Assembly: GCA_973895155.1 (NCBI GenBank)
Contig: OZ316894.1
Location: 25,790,709-25,854,708 of the forward strand
Direction of reading: 5' to 3'
Source: Marsupella aquatica
Taxonomy: Eukaryota > Plantae > Marchantiophyta
Length of the DNA: 64,000 bases
In this document: positions 1-12,900 of the stretch, piece by piece
Layout: each line of letters opens with the position of its first letter
How positions within the stretch are numbered: position 1 is the stretch's first letter
Notes under the pieces: model-generated
Databases searched by the model: none
Told to the model about the DNA's origin: nothing
What the model saw: the letters and a program-made list of their open reading frames with translations, nothing else
Translations under genes and position numbers: made by a program

Positions 1-467
1 TTCTGTACTTTCTATATCTAATCATCATTCCATCCACCGGTGCACTGTGAATTTGGTCCTCTGCCTCACCAGTGGACTTCACAAGTCGCTCTGTTCTTCT
101 CCCTCTGCTATCGTCTCTGTTCCATTTAGCAGCCATTTAGCAGCGGAGGATCTTGGAATTGGTGTTCCTTTCGTCCTGGTCTTGGTTCTGATCGTTGATG
201 CAAGGTCAGTGACGAAGAGCAGCAAGTGGAACAACTGCAGGTAGGTGAAGAGGAAGAAAGACAGTGAAGGTATGTCATAGGGTTCCATTCGTTTAGCATC
301 GGCGGCGATTCGAGATGGAAGGAGACAGACAGGTCTGAGCTGGACTAGTGCTTATTCTGGTGATGGATGTGTAGAGGTTGGTGGTGGCAATTGAAGCTTC
401 GAAGAGTAGTTTAATTTTAGAAACAACTTTAGAGCCATGTGAGAAGGTTCAACGACAATTGGGAAGA

Positions 468-2921
468 ATGGCGGCAATGATTGATCTCACTGAAACAAGT
501 AGCGACGAGGAAGATGCCCCCACCAGGAGGTTTTTTTCTCCTTTGCCTGTCGTTTCAGCTCGTGGCAATGGTGTTCCTAAGAGGGCGAATAACGGTGGCG
601 CGCCAGCAATTCTAGGTTTAGCAGCAGGCAATCTGGTTACTGGCAGTGTACCTGCCGGGACTCGTAGCATAGACCGTAATGGTGGATCAGCAGGCTCAGA
701 GAAGAGACAACCATCGCAAAATGGGAAATCTCTGGCTGTGTGGAAAGGCATGAGCATGGGAAAGAATGACGCGACAGCAATGGAAGAAGCGAGCACTTCT
801 GCTGGTCTTTCTGGTTGGGGTGACCCTCTTCCACCTGAGGCTCCCTATCACTCTCTTCGGGTCGGCAGTAATGCAGTCGAGAACGGGATCGTCAGTGACA
901 CAGCTCCCGCTCCTGTGTCAAACAATCTTCAAAGTTCTGATGATGTGGTGAAGAGAGAACCATCTTCCGTAGGTGATGTGGAGAGGAGAGAACGGAAAAC
1001 AGCAGTTGGGGTAGGGAGCAGGGCACCTGAAGATGACTCTAAAGTCTGTCGGGAGTTCTGGAGAGCTGGTGATTATGAGGCGAGTAAAACGGGGATCAGA
1101 ACTGTACATGGGGCCATGGATCACGTCCGTGTTCATCCCAAGTTTCTTCATTCCAATGCTACTTCTCACAAGTGGGCCCTGGGGGCCGTAGCAGAGTTAC
1201 TGGATAATGCTCTGGACGAGGTTCAGAATGGAGCTACATTTGTCAATGTTGACAAGATTGTGAATCCTCGAGACGCCACTCCTGCTTTGCTGGTACAAGA
1301 TGATGGAGGTGGAATGGCTCCAGACACTATGCGGGCGTGCATGAGCTTGGGATACTCCCGGAAAAACACTAACACCACCATTGGCCAATACGGAAATGGA
1401 TTTAAAACCAGTACAATGCGGTTGGGAGCCGATGTTGTTGTGTTCAGTCGCAACACTCATGGTTCAACTGTAACTCAAAGTGTTGGGCTGCTGTCCTACA
1501 CTTTTCTGCGAAAGACAGGACGTGAGGATGTTGTGGTTCCAATGATTGATTATGAGGCGTCGCTTGAGAGTCTTAAGAATGGCGAGCCACCCAGGAAGAT
1601 GATTCGAAGCACTCTCGATGATTGGCTGAGCAATTTGACATCTATAGCGGAGTGGTCTCCATACGCGTCAGAAGTAGAACTTCTCGAACAGTTTGAAAAT
1701 TTAGGCTGGCATGGAACAAAGGTCATTATATACAACCTTTGGTTCAATGACGACGGTGTGTTGGAGCTGGATTTCGACACTGATGAGCACGACATTCAGC
1801 TTAGAGGAGGCGCGAAACAAGACAAGGCCAGACCTGTCCAGCACCAGTTAGCTCAGCAACACATTGCGAATCGGTACCATCACTCTCTGCGCGTCTATAC
1901 TTCAATTTTGTACTTGCAGATGCCTCCAGGGTTCCAAATTATTTTGCGAGGAAAGCTGGTTGACCACCACAGTATAGCATCCGACCTTAAGTTTCCTGAG
2001 TCTATCATCTACAAGCCGCAAATCGGAGAGGACAAAACTTCTACCACTTCAGTGATTACTGTCATAGGATTCACAAAAGAGGCTCCTCTTATCAATGTGC
2101 ATGGTTTCAATGTATATCATAAGAATCGTCTGATCATGCCATTCTGGAAAGTTTGGCAAGAAAATAGCAGCAGAGGGCGAGGTGTTGTAGGTGTTTTGGA
2201 GGCCAATTTTATGGAGCCTGCGCATGATAAGCAAGACTTTGAAAGGACAGCCGTGCTTCTGCGATTAGAAACTCGTCTCAAACAGATGACAGTGGAGTAC
2301 TGGAATCTTCATTGTCACTTGATTGGCTATCAACCAAATACGAAGGCAGGGAAAGCTCGGAAGCAGGCAGCAAATCCGACGTTAGAGTACCCTTCACCAA
2401 TTGCAAGCCTCACTCCGAGTGGTCCCTCTCCCGCGTCAGCTGAAGATTCTGGTAGGATGGCACCTGGAGGATCCCGACCAACTTCTCCTAATAGTGATGG
2501 TCCACAGTTGAAATCGGAATCGTCTGATGTTCCACACAATTCTTCGAAGAGGTCAGGTTTTGGCAACAAAGCTTCTGAGGCTGTAGAGAGATATAAGCGC
2601 CACCGGACTGCAACTAATCACGAGGCCAATACTGCTACTGCAACAGAGGCAGTGGGCAACACAGAATCTGCCTTGGTAGAACAGGAATATGAGAGTAATA
2701 CCATGATCGTCGACCTGATTCAGGAGAACACTATACTGCGGTCAAGAGTGGTTGACTATGAGCTTGATGTGAAGAAATTGTCAGCAAAGGTTCTGGATCT
2801 TGAGAAGGAGCTTTTGGATGCCAAAATGAAGAATGTGAATCTTCAAGAGCAGTTGCAAAATTTTAGGGTTGAAAATTCAAATAATACGGAACTAGAAGTC
2901 AAGGTTGAGGAATCCTACTAG
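468..2921 (+). CDS. MORC: MORC-family GHKL ATPase (microrchidia/CRT1-like), single-exon CDS
   Basis: Uninterrupted ORF 378-2921 with first ATG at 468. Plant MORC motifs HVRVHPKFLHSNATSHKWALGAVAELLDNALDE, DDGGGM, IGQYGNGFKTSTMRLGAD; S5-fold GFNVYHKNRLI...GRGVVGVLEANFMEPAHDKQDFERT; C-terminal coiled coil. A 5'UTR intron is possible (GT at 241, ttttAG at 420). Confidence 0.95.
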   Translation: MAAMIDLTETSSDEEDAPTRRFFSPLPVVSARGNGVPKRANNGGAPAILGLAAGNLVTGSVPAGTRSIDRNGGSAGSEKRQPSQNGKSLAVWKGMSMGKNDATAMEEASTSAGLSGWGDPLPPEAPYHSLRVGSNAVENGIVSDTAPAPVSNNLQSSDDVVKREPSSVGDVERRERKTAVGVGSRAPEDDSKVCREFWRAGDYEASKTGIRTVHGAMDHVRVHPKFLHSNATSHKWALGAVAELLDNALDEVQNGATFVNVDKIVNPRDATPALLVQDDGGGMAPDTMRACMSLGYSRKNTNTTIGQYGNGFKTSTMRLGADVVVFSRNTHGSTVTQSVGLLSYTFLRKTGREDVVVPMIDYEASLESLKNGEPPRKMIRSTLDDWLSNLTSIAEWSPYASEVELLEQFENLGWHGTKVIIYNLWFNDDGVLELDFDTDEHDIQLRGGAKQDKARPVQHQLAQQHIANRYHHSLRVYTSILYLQMPPGFQIILRGKLVDHHSIASDLKFPESIIYKPQIGEDKTSTTSVITVIGFTKEAPLINVHGFNVYHKNRLIMPFWKVWQENSSRGRGVVGVLEANFMEPAHDKQDFERTAVLLRLETRLKQMTVEYWNLHCHLIGYQPNTKAGKARKQAANPTLEYPSPIASLTPSGPSPASAEDSGRMAPGGSRPTSPNSDGPQLKSESSDVPHNSSKRSGFGNKASEAVERYKRHRTATNHEANTATATEAVGNTESALVEQEYESNTMIVDLIQENTILRSRVVDYELDVKKLSAKVLDLEKELLDAKMKNVNLQEQLQNFRVENSNNTELEVKVEESY

Positions 2922-2948
2922 TCTAGTCAAGGTTGAGGAATCTTACTA
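2897..2948 (+). repeat. 24-bp tandem duplication at the MORC stop codon
   Basis: agtcaaggttgaggaatc(c/t)tacta at 2897-2920 and 2925-2948, one mismatch. Confidence 0.9.
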
Positions 2949-3699
2949 AGGAGGGATGTCAATGTCTTGATTCTTATCATGGACAGATTTGTACCTCAGG
3001 GTCTCTCCGGTTTCCGTTTTGAACTCGGGGCTTTGAAGAGGGCTACCTGGAAAGTTTTCTGTTGAGGAGGTAGGGGCACGTTCTGGCTGATTCGTGAATC
3101 TGTGGGGGAACAGAGCATATATCTTGAAGTTCTTGTGAACTGAGATGCAATTCATGAGTGTCAGAATAATTTTGATCAGAGTATTGTCGGACTTAGGATT
3201 TAGCAGATAGGAATTGACAGTCTATTTTGGTGACGGCAGTACGCTGTGGCTGCACAGAAATTCAGGGGACTGGTATTTCTGCTATTTAGGCTGCTAGTTA
3301 TACAGCTCTGCAAGTGACAAGAGACCAACTCACTGTAAAGCACTACGCGGAGACTTGATCTTGATTTTGCTGCAATGAATCTTCGTTGTTGACGAGACTT
3401 CGTATGATGTAACCGCAACGGTTGTTCCTACAGAAGTAGCACACGTTCTTTCATTTCGTCCCACATCTAATACAAAGATAATATTCAAGGTTGCTAAATC
3501 ATCAATCTCAGAGCTCCTCAATCATCACAACTGTAGTGACAACACGCTCGCAAAGGTGGCATGGCAGCAACGCCAGCACAATGACAATTTACTTCTTCAA
3601 CTGTAGTAACAACACTTTCACAAAGGTGGCGCGGCGGCAATGCCATCAGAATGACAATGCACTTCTCTAAAGACAATATGACCACAACTGAACCCGGTT

Positions 3700-4085
3700 G
3701 CAAAAGTCTATCCAATTGTCTTGGCAAACATGGAGATCTTTGGGGCTTCAACTTCTACACGAAGTTGCAAAAGTCTATCCAATTGTTGTGGCAAACATTG
3801 AGGTCCATTGGGGCTACCTGACTGTTTTCGCAGGTCCATTTGGGCTTCACTTCTGTTTTGGATAACATGGAGGTACATTAGGGCTTCTATCAACATTGAG
3901 GTCCATTGGGGTTACCTGACTGTTTTTGCAAATGCGGAGGTCCATTCGGGCTTTACTTCTGTTTTGGATAACATGGAGGTACATTAGGGCTTCTATCCTA
4001 TTGTTTGGCAAATTGGGAGGTCCATTTGGCTTCAACTTCTATTTTGGATAACATGGAAGTCCATTTGGGCTTCAACTTCTACCCA
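3700..4085. repeat. Degenerate compound tandem repeat
   Basis: Recurrent modules ggtccatt(t/g)gg(g)cttcaacttct, ttttggataacatggagg and gcaaaagtctatccaattgt. Confidence 0.75.
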
Positions 4086-5359
4086 AGTGTCATCTCGGCT
4101 TTGCACAAAAGGAGTGCTTGTGAAACCTTGAAAGAATTGCATGACACAAATTGTAGGAATACTTTGAGCATTTTGATGTGAACACTGATTTTTCAGTATA
4201 TACATTTAAAATTAAAAACAAACATAAACAAGAGGAGCATTTTGGCATTTTGGTTTTTGTGGGATAAAAAACCTACTAATATTTTATGTTGGTACTGCAT
4301 GAAGATAGTGATAAGTGCAAAAAAAAAGCTTGAATGGACCAAGACTTTGTCTCTGCACATCCCCATGTACTGCATAAGTGATTCCCAAAGTGATTAGCAA
4401 GTTCACACCTAGAAAAAATATAAGTTTGGGGACCCATGCTCCCATATATATATTTCTTTCTTTCTTTCTTTCTTGTAGCAATTGTTAAATTAAATAAGAG
4501 AATCAAGTCCCTGGAAATATCATAAATGTTGTATCAAAGTTATGTGCCCCATTGCACAAGTACTAAGTGACCATCTATGATCATGTGAATAAAGCAGGAG
4601 GGATCATGGAGCAACGTGTAAGATGAAGCCAATTTGGATGAGCTCACTAAATAAACAGATCATGTGAATCTCCATATTAGTGCTCAATTATTCTTCTTCC
4701 CCTAATTCTGAAACGTTTGGACTATAATGATCATCAAAGCTAATTGTTTGGATCAACTTCAATTCTGGATCCTTTCCATGTTGCACTTCATTATTCACCT
4801 CCTAGTCATCTTCATATCACGATCCAAGTATGAACCCAAGCCAAGCATTTCACTACGATAGTCTGTTTCTTTCTCTTCATTCCTTTCAACATTTTATAGT
4901 GGCAAGTAAAGTCCAGATGGCCCTCAACCCATTCCGGATGGTTCCCTTGTCTATGGATGAAACTTCTGGTATGCTCAGAATGCTTAGAAACATTTTGGAA
5001 AGAGCTTTCCAATGAGACTAACATTGTAGTATATCATTATCAAAGATATTACAAATTCCTGCATTTCTCTGCCCTTCCTTGATAGTGCAAACAGAAAACT
5101 AACAGATTCATATATTTTCCCGATCTCTTGATGAAAATATTTTGGGCTTAGAATTCTTAGACCATTCTGAAAATTAAAATATTTTGAATGATTCTAATTT
5201 TATCTAATTTCGTCAAGAATTGAAGAGTTTGGAAATTGTCTACACTTGATAGTCTAGCTATGAAGTCAGCATAACATAATTTCAAATTTCTCACTCACCT
5301 CTAAATGAGATTTTTTTTGCTTAAGCAATGCAATTTTTTCAAATATTATATTCCAATGA

Positions 5360-7480
5360 GCCTAACATTAAGAGATTTTACTAAGGAGATCATGACTTTC
5401 TGAAATTCTCTTGGTTTCTAATGAAGTTCAGGTTCACAAATGTTGTCAAGTACTTAGAAGATCATTAGTTTATCAAGTTTTCTAGGTTTCCAACAAGCCT
5501 CACATTTGCAAATTTTGTCAATTACTAATGAGATCATGAGTTTTTGAATTTCTCTATTTTTCCAATGAGTGTGACATTCCCAATGACATTGAGAGCCAGA
5601 TAGAGAGATCATGTCAAGTACTACAAAGATCATGAGTTTATCTCTCTAGCTTCCCAATGAGCATGATACTAGCAAATTTCATTTTAGATTTGTCAAGTAT
5701 AATTAATGAGATCATGAGTTTCCAAACATTTCTATAGTGTGAAATTGGGAGTACTTTGTCATCTACTAAAGAGACCATGAGTTTTTTAAATTCTCTAGCT
5801 TTCCAATGAACCTAACATTGATAGATTTTGTCAGATACTAATGAGATTATGAGTTTCTGAATTTTCTCTAGCTTTCCAATGAACCGGCATAATGGGATTA
5901 CCATTGTGAATGTCGTCTATGCTCAACAGCTCTAAACAGGATTTGCCCTCATTTCCTGAGGAGGCATATTCTGTTTGGAGGCCAGCACAATGTCATGCCT
6001 TTGGCGGGACCTCAAGGCGCTAGTGATGTTGGCATAGACGTAGACAAGTTGTCATCTTATGATCCAAATGAATACCAAAATGGAGACAATGGTCTGTATG
6101 ATGCTATCTCAATTGCTTGGTCATTCACCAACAATCTTTTTGGTGGTATTCAATCTGCACTATCCAAAGACTATTTTTTGAATCTGCTCCCACTGGTATT
6201 CAAACATCTGGAATTTGTTTTGGAATCACACAACTAAGTCTATTCAAATTCATATCGTGTCAATGCAAAGGGTCCCAAGTGTTGACAATGGCGTGGACTT
6301 CCATTCTGGGGCATTCTGGAAATATGACCTCAGGGAGATGACCAGAGAACAGGTTGCTGCTGACAAATTTGCATTGTTAGAGACTCATGTTGGCAAACAG
6401 GACCCCCAATGAAGTGAAAATGCTAGAAGTGAAGTGCTTCTAGACTAAGACAATGGGGAATGGGGAGTGGTTGATTCCCACTGCCAAAAGTTAACAAACA
6501 CAAAATGTGCATGCCATAAAACTTACGGGGAAGTTCTTAACCGGTGGATTAATGGCAGACCTTCACTTGGTTCCAGGACCCATGTTTGAGACGCCCTACT
6601 ATTTACAGAACCCCATTAAGGGTCCTGCGTGCCACATCATTATGGCAAGTTGCAAACAAGAACAAACTTGTTTTTGGATAAAATTAACTTATGCATTCGT
6701 GTTGGTGGGCAACTTCTTTGTAAAATCTGGGACGCCATGCCATAAAAGAGAATGTTAAAAACTGACATGCAAATCAAAAGATAAAAAGATTGAGGTAAAA
6801 ATGCTCCCAATAACATTTTTAATTACATTTTGATTTTATTCAAACATAAAATAAATCATTCTCTAAAGAAAGAAAATTTCAAAAATGGACAAGTCAATGT
6901 TTGACACTTGAAATAGTTGCCAAACTTATATACCAAGGCAACCATAACTAACATCAATCACAAACCAGTTGCAATGTGAACTATTGTTTAATGTGTGGGT
7001 AGCTTAATTGCCCACTACAACAAAACGGTGCTCAACCATTTCCTCCACGGTACCGAAGGGATGTTGGATGCATACAAGTTGCATCAAAAGTAATCACTTT
7101 CCAATTCCTACACACACACAGATGAAGAGAGAGAAGCAGTCGGTGTCATCAAATCACTATAAATTCGCAAAATTGTATGAGACAAAAAAATTCATGGAAA
7201 CAAAACTCCAATTGCAGAATTGGGAATCGATCAAAAGCTAGAGAAATTTAGAAACTCATGACCACTTTAGTACTTGATTAAATCTCCCAATGTCACACTC
7301 ATTGGAAGCTAGAGAACATTAGAAACTCATAATCTCTCTTTAGTATATGAGGAAATTTCCCAATGTCTCATATTAGAAAACTAGAAAGATTCAAAAACTT
7401 ATTATCTCATAGAAATTGACAAAATCTAACATAAAATTTGTCAATGTTGGACTCAATGTTGAAAAGCTAGAAGAATTCAT
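5360..7480. mobile_element. Foldback-like unit: degenerate repeat arrays in inverted orientation around a ~1.3-kb core with a decayed ORF
   Basis: The left array (~5360-5885) repeats gagatcatgagttt..aattctctagctttccaatga. The right array (~7220-7480) carries the reverse complement (aaagctagagaaatttagaaactcatga, cattggaagctagagaa). Exact termini and TSD were not found. Confidence 0.5.
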
Positions 7481-9332
7481 GATATATTTCATGATATTTG
7501 TAGGACTTGACAAAAACAATTGGCCTCTGAACATAGGTTGACGCCATATGTTCATGATATTTGTAGGACTTGACAAAAACAAAAACCTCTGAACATAGGT
7601 TGATGCCAAATGCAACCTCCCTCTTGAAGAAGCAATCGATGGTCTCCTTGTCACACCATAGCTTTCTTAAATTTAAAAAATACAAAACCTTCATGTGAAG
7701 TGATGGCTCGTCCATTTTGTTCTTCCCACCGAAATGACAAGCCCTCTTCCACCAACAGCTGAGTGTTGTCCTCAGGTTTGTCTTGTGACGGTAATGCTCA
7801 ACGTAACTCACAAAGGTTCAATCAGGAATGATAGAAACACGATTTCTCTAATGTGTAAGCGAAAACCGTCAAACAACTCAATTCCTCCACATTCAACCTA
7901 TTGTTTGATAAACCAGAGAGATTATCTTAACCAGATAAATCTTCTCTATTTTTTGAGTGTTCTCTTTTGTATGAGCACACACCAAGACCACCAAGAGACT
8001 CAAAGTCATCGGTTACCGCCTTGCTGAATATTAATTTCACTTCATCACAGACACACACATTCCTTGGATGAACATGGGGGTCCATAGATTTATTGACAAA
8101 GTTTATGAATTAGTTTTCTAAGATCCGGCCATTCCAAATGATTGCAAAGATGATCATCTTAAAGTAAGACTTCACTTCACACTTGAAAATTGCACTTCAG
8201 TTGGGGTCAAGTGAAAACAGCACTAGTGGTCCAGAGTGATGGCATGATGTCTTTCAGGTTCAAGGCCATGAAGTCATCAGGGAGACCTACCACCAAAAGC
8301 CAAGGCAGTCATGTAGTGGTGGACCTAGCCACCCAATGCCCTCACCAATCCCAACACCCACGCCTAAGTGCCCCTCGTGCCCCAACGCCTCCACAAAATA
8401 CCTTGGGTAAGCAACTTGGTTGTCCCTTGCACAAGCCACCAAGAATCTCGGTAAGTAACCCTTCAAGATCTAATCTCCCCAAGTCTAGCATCCCCACTCA
8501 AGCTCAACAGACATTGTTAAGTAGGTCAGCAGTAGGTCCTCCCCATACCATAAGCCGGAACCAGAACCGACACCTACTATTCATCCAGAACAGCTCCTTC
8601 CTTGGGCGTAGCCTGGGTTCCCCCTTGTACCTATCCATCACCAACTGATCGCCTTGCCCCCAAGACATGCTCATGGCCCAAATAGCGTAGCTTGTCCTAA
8701 AGCTTGTCCCAAAACATCGGGACCAGAATGGCCCCAACTCTAGTAACCAACTCCCAGTTCTCGCCCCACTGATGGTCTACAGGCCAAGTACCCTTGGAAC
8801 TCAACCTCCATGCCTACTTGGTCTTTTCTCCCCAATGCAAACTCCCTTGAGATACTGAACGTGGCTTGGCTGTTGTTTTGATAGGATTTAGCATGCGGGC
8901 GAGATATCCCCTGCAAACCCCAAGAATCTATGGCACCCCTAGACCCAATTGATCTCAAGAGGATGTAGCCCTCCTTGAGAGCTTTCCAACGCACGCAAGA
9001 AGTCCTCCAACGGACTTCACGTCGGGAAGTTATTGCTATTTTTGTTTGGCATTTTCCCTTAATGTCGCGACCGCCGCGGCTCACAACTTCGGCTCGCCCT
9101 TAGCCCCCATGGAGACACCAATCCCCTCATATATGCTTTTGGAGACCTGCCACCCCTGGACTAACTTTGGTCCCCAAATTTTGGCCCCCCCACCTAGACC
9201 CCAACCCGCATGTCTGGGTGCGCCACCAATTGGCAATGCCCATAAATTTCTAGTTAGGTGTCCGCAAGCATAGCGCCTTAGCCCATTGTGATCATGCCGA
9301 CCTAGTGCAGCTCATGCCTAGGACCTCAGATC

Positions 9333-9735
9333 TGTTGAGCATAAACAACGATTGCAACGGCAAGCCCATGAACCATCCAATGCACAATAGTCGACACAAG
9401 AGATACGTGGTTCACCTCCTTGAGGCTACGTCCACGGGAACACACAAGAGAGCTTTACTGAACTCTAAGCCCGTCGGCTATACCGAATCTCCACAGTGTA
9501 AGCTCTCCCTATCTCTCAAGTGGCTCCATAACAATGAGCCTTGGTTCTACCTCTCCAAGCACACATGCCTCTTATGATATAGTGTGCAACTTAGTTGTAC
9601 CTAACCACGTAGTTGTACCTAACCACATAGTTGTACCTAATCACGTAGTTGTACCTAACCACGTAGTTGTACCAACCCACGTTGTTGTACCAACCACGTC
9701 ATACCTAACCTAGACGTAAGAGTAAATACCCAACA
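9333..9735 (-). repeat. 3' LTR of copia element, containing an 18-bp tandem array (gtagttgtacctaaccac)
   Basis: tgttgagc...cccaaca; 6 mismatches to the other LTR by my count. Confidence 0.97.
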
Positions 9736-9736
9736 A

Positions 9737-9746
9737 TCTTCCCCTT
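9737..9746 (-). promoter_or_regulatory. Polypurine tract
   Basis: AAGGGGAAGA on the minus strand, immediately before the 3' LTR. Confidence 0.85.
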
Positions 9747-9925
9747 GACTCTGGTCTAGGGGAGAGTAATACTGCCAATGTATATGATCCCTCAGCGGGA
9801 AGTTCTGGACAAAAACCAAACCGGTTTCCCTCTCTAACTAGAGCAAACCAAAACTAAGCCGTAGCCTAATACATAGGAATGAGAAAGAGCATATATCAGT
9901 AATTACAATGAATGTTAAGAAAACT

Positions 9926-12900
9926 CTACTTGTGATGCAATTGCAAAACTTGCAATACGTCACGGTGTCTAGAGAAACTCTCCAAAGGAATCACTTTGGT
10001 AAATGCGTCAGCCGGGTTGAGTTTACCATCAATCTTGACTAGCTCAAACAAATTATCAGACACAGCCTGCCTGATAAAATGGTACCTGACGTCAATGTGC
10101 TTCACTCTACTGTCCATCACCTAGTTCACAGCAAGGTGGAGCGCACTTTGACTATCACAATGGAGCTTCACATTCCCCTGTGGCAATCCCATTTCAATGA
10201 TAAGTCTATCCAACCAAATCGCTTCCTTTGTTGCTTCCGCAGCTGCAACATACTCCGCTTCTGTAGTAGACTGAGCAATACACTTCTGCAAAGTAGATCT
10301 CCAACTTATGCATCCACCGCCAAGTGTGAACACGTATCCTATTGTTGATCTCCTTCGGTCCAAATCTTGTCCATAGTCAGAATCAACATAGCCAATCAAT
10401 GATTTAGCATTCTTTGCATTCGCATCAAATAAAAGACCATGATCCACGGTACCTTTCAAGTACCTGATAATCCACTTCACTGCTTCCCAGTGTACCTTTC
10501 CTAGATTCGACATGTACCTGCTCACCTTGCCCATAGCCATGGCAAGATCAGGTCTAGTGCAAGTCATCAAATACATGAGACTCCCCACTGCCTTGTCATA
10601 CGGAACCTTTGAAATCAACCCCTTCTCTGTGTCATTCGTAGGACAGAACGCTGATGATAACTTGAAGTGTGGAGCCAACGGGGTACTTACTGGCTTGCTA
10701 TTCCCCATGTTGAACCTTGCAATTACCTTCCTCGCATAACTATTCTGCGTCAACCATAGCTTGCCAGCCTCCAAGTCCCTAGTGATCTCCATACCCAAAA
10801 TCCTCTTAGCTGGCCCTAAGTCCTTCATCTTAAACTCTGCACTAAGCAGTGCCTTGAGCTTAACAATCTCAGACCTATCCTTGGCTGCAATTAGCATATC
10901 ATCCACATAAAGTACTAAAACAATGAACCCAAAGACAACATTTTTTACCGGTTTCAAATACACACAAGGGTCAAATACACTTCTATGAAAACCTTGTGAC
11001 CGAATCCAATCGTCAAACCGCTTATTCCACTGTCTTGGTGACTGCTTCAACCCATACAAGGATCTCAGCAATCTATAAACCAATTCCTCCTATCCTCTCT
11101 TCACAAAACCTAGCGGTTGTCTCATGAAGATCACCTCTTCCAATGTGCCATAGAGGAAAGCTGTGACAACATCCATCTGATCTAGCAGCAGACCAAATAT
11201 TACAACAAGTACATACAATAGTTGTATTGTAGAGTACTTCGCAACTGGTGAGAAGACCTCATTGTAATCCACACCTTTCTCTTGTGTGAATCCCTTTGCT
11301 ACCAACCTAGCCTTGTAGACCTTCGATCCACCTCCTATGGAATTATCCTTCAGCTTGTAAATCCACTTGCTGTCCACCACTTACTGACCCTTAGGCAGCT
11401 TAACAAGCTCCCAAGTTTTGTTGTCCTTTAGTGACTCCATCTCCGTTTGCATTGCTGCAGTCCACTTCTGCTTCTCCTTTGAAGCACTTGCCTCATGAAA
11501 TGAAGAAGGTTCCCCTTCTTCCAAAATTAACGCATCACCCTCATCATCAGCTGTAAAATCATCCTCTTGCAGTTGAGATGAATCAACCCACTGTCCATAC
11601 CTTGGTGGAGCGTGTACAGTGCGACCAGATATTCTTCTAGCCGATGACTCCGGTTGATCTGCGTGTGCTGGTACAATTTGAAGCTTAACAACATCCACTT
11701 GCTGCTCACCAGCATCAACAAACTCCTCTGGTTCCTCTGGCACAGGAACCAGCTCCATAATTGGAGCAACTCCTTCTCTCCGGTCATGCATCTCATAACC
11801 AATCTCCCCCTCAACGAGATCTGGGATAGGAGATTTTCCTTTGTCAGTACGGGAGACCTAAGTATTCTCCCCCTCCTTCAATAATCTGGATTCATTGAAG
11901 GAAACATCCCTACTGACAACGAGCTTACAAGCAATAGGATCCCATAGCCTATAGGCTTTCACACCACTCTGGTACCCAAGAAAAACACATTTCTTGGAGG
12001 TAGGATCCAACTTGGTCCTATTCTGCTTCGGTGTGAGAGCATATGCATCACTTCCAAAAACTACCAAGCCATGATAGTCTGCTTGCTGCTTATAGCGCAT
12101 CTCAAACGGCGTTTTGAAATTAATAGCACTAGAAGGAGAAAGATTTACCAAATAAGCTGCGGTATTGACAGCTTTTGCCCAAAATTCTTGTGGTAAACCT
12201 GATTGGCTCAACATACTCCGTGACCGCTCCAACAGTGTCCGATTGAGCCTCTCAGCGACACCATTCTGCTGCGGAGTATAAACTGTGGTGAGATGGTGAG
12301 TTATCCCCTGTTCTGAACAGTACTCTTCAAATTCCATTGAAGTGTACTCCCCGCCGTTGTCTGACCTCAGACTCTTCACCCTTGTATCCACACACTTGAT
12401 CGTGTTTCCAGTCTGATTCTCCACCTGGGCCTTCCACTTCTTAAAAATGGACAAGACATCAAACTTATGCGTCATGAAATAAATCCATACAAATCTTGAG
12501 TAATCATCAATAAATGATACATAGTATAACTTTCCAGAGTGTGAGGGAGTCGGGGATGGACCCCACACGTCACTATGTATGTACTCAAGAACCGTTTTAG
12601 AACGATGAGTTCCAACACCAAAAGCACGACGATGCTGCTTTCCAAGAATGCAATGCTCACAAAACTCTAATTTACAAGATTGCAAATCAGAAATGAGTCC
12701 ATTCTTTCGTAAGATAGCCAAACCCTTCTCACTCATGTGGCCTAGCCGTGAATGCCACAGTTGAGTCATCTCCTCGTGAGACTTGGTTACATTGGCCTCT
12801 CCACATACAGTATTGCCCTGTAACACATACAAATTCTTTTGTCTACTCCCCTTCAAAATCACTGTCTCTCCCGACCTGACTTGAAGTTCACCATCAATAA

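Noticed and set aside
378-467. N-terminal extension of the MORC ORF from GTG 378 (likewise TTG 60728 for LPA1)
   Set aside because: These are eukaryotic genes, so the first in-frame ATGs (468, 60767) are the more plausible starts.
449-2569. Multiple antisense ORFs over MORC (likewise over LPA1, copia pol and tnpD)
   Set aside because: Shadow ORFs of long sense reading frames with no independent evidence.
8190-9332. GC-richer, coding-like region flanking the copia element (continues 15801-16230)
   Set aside because: Probably an older decayed element that the copia inserted into, but I could not recognise a domain or termini, so no call is made.
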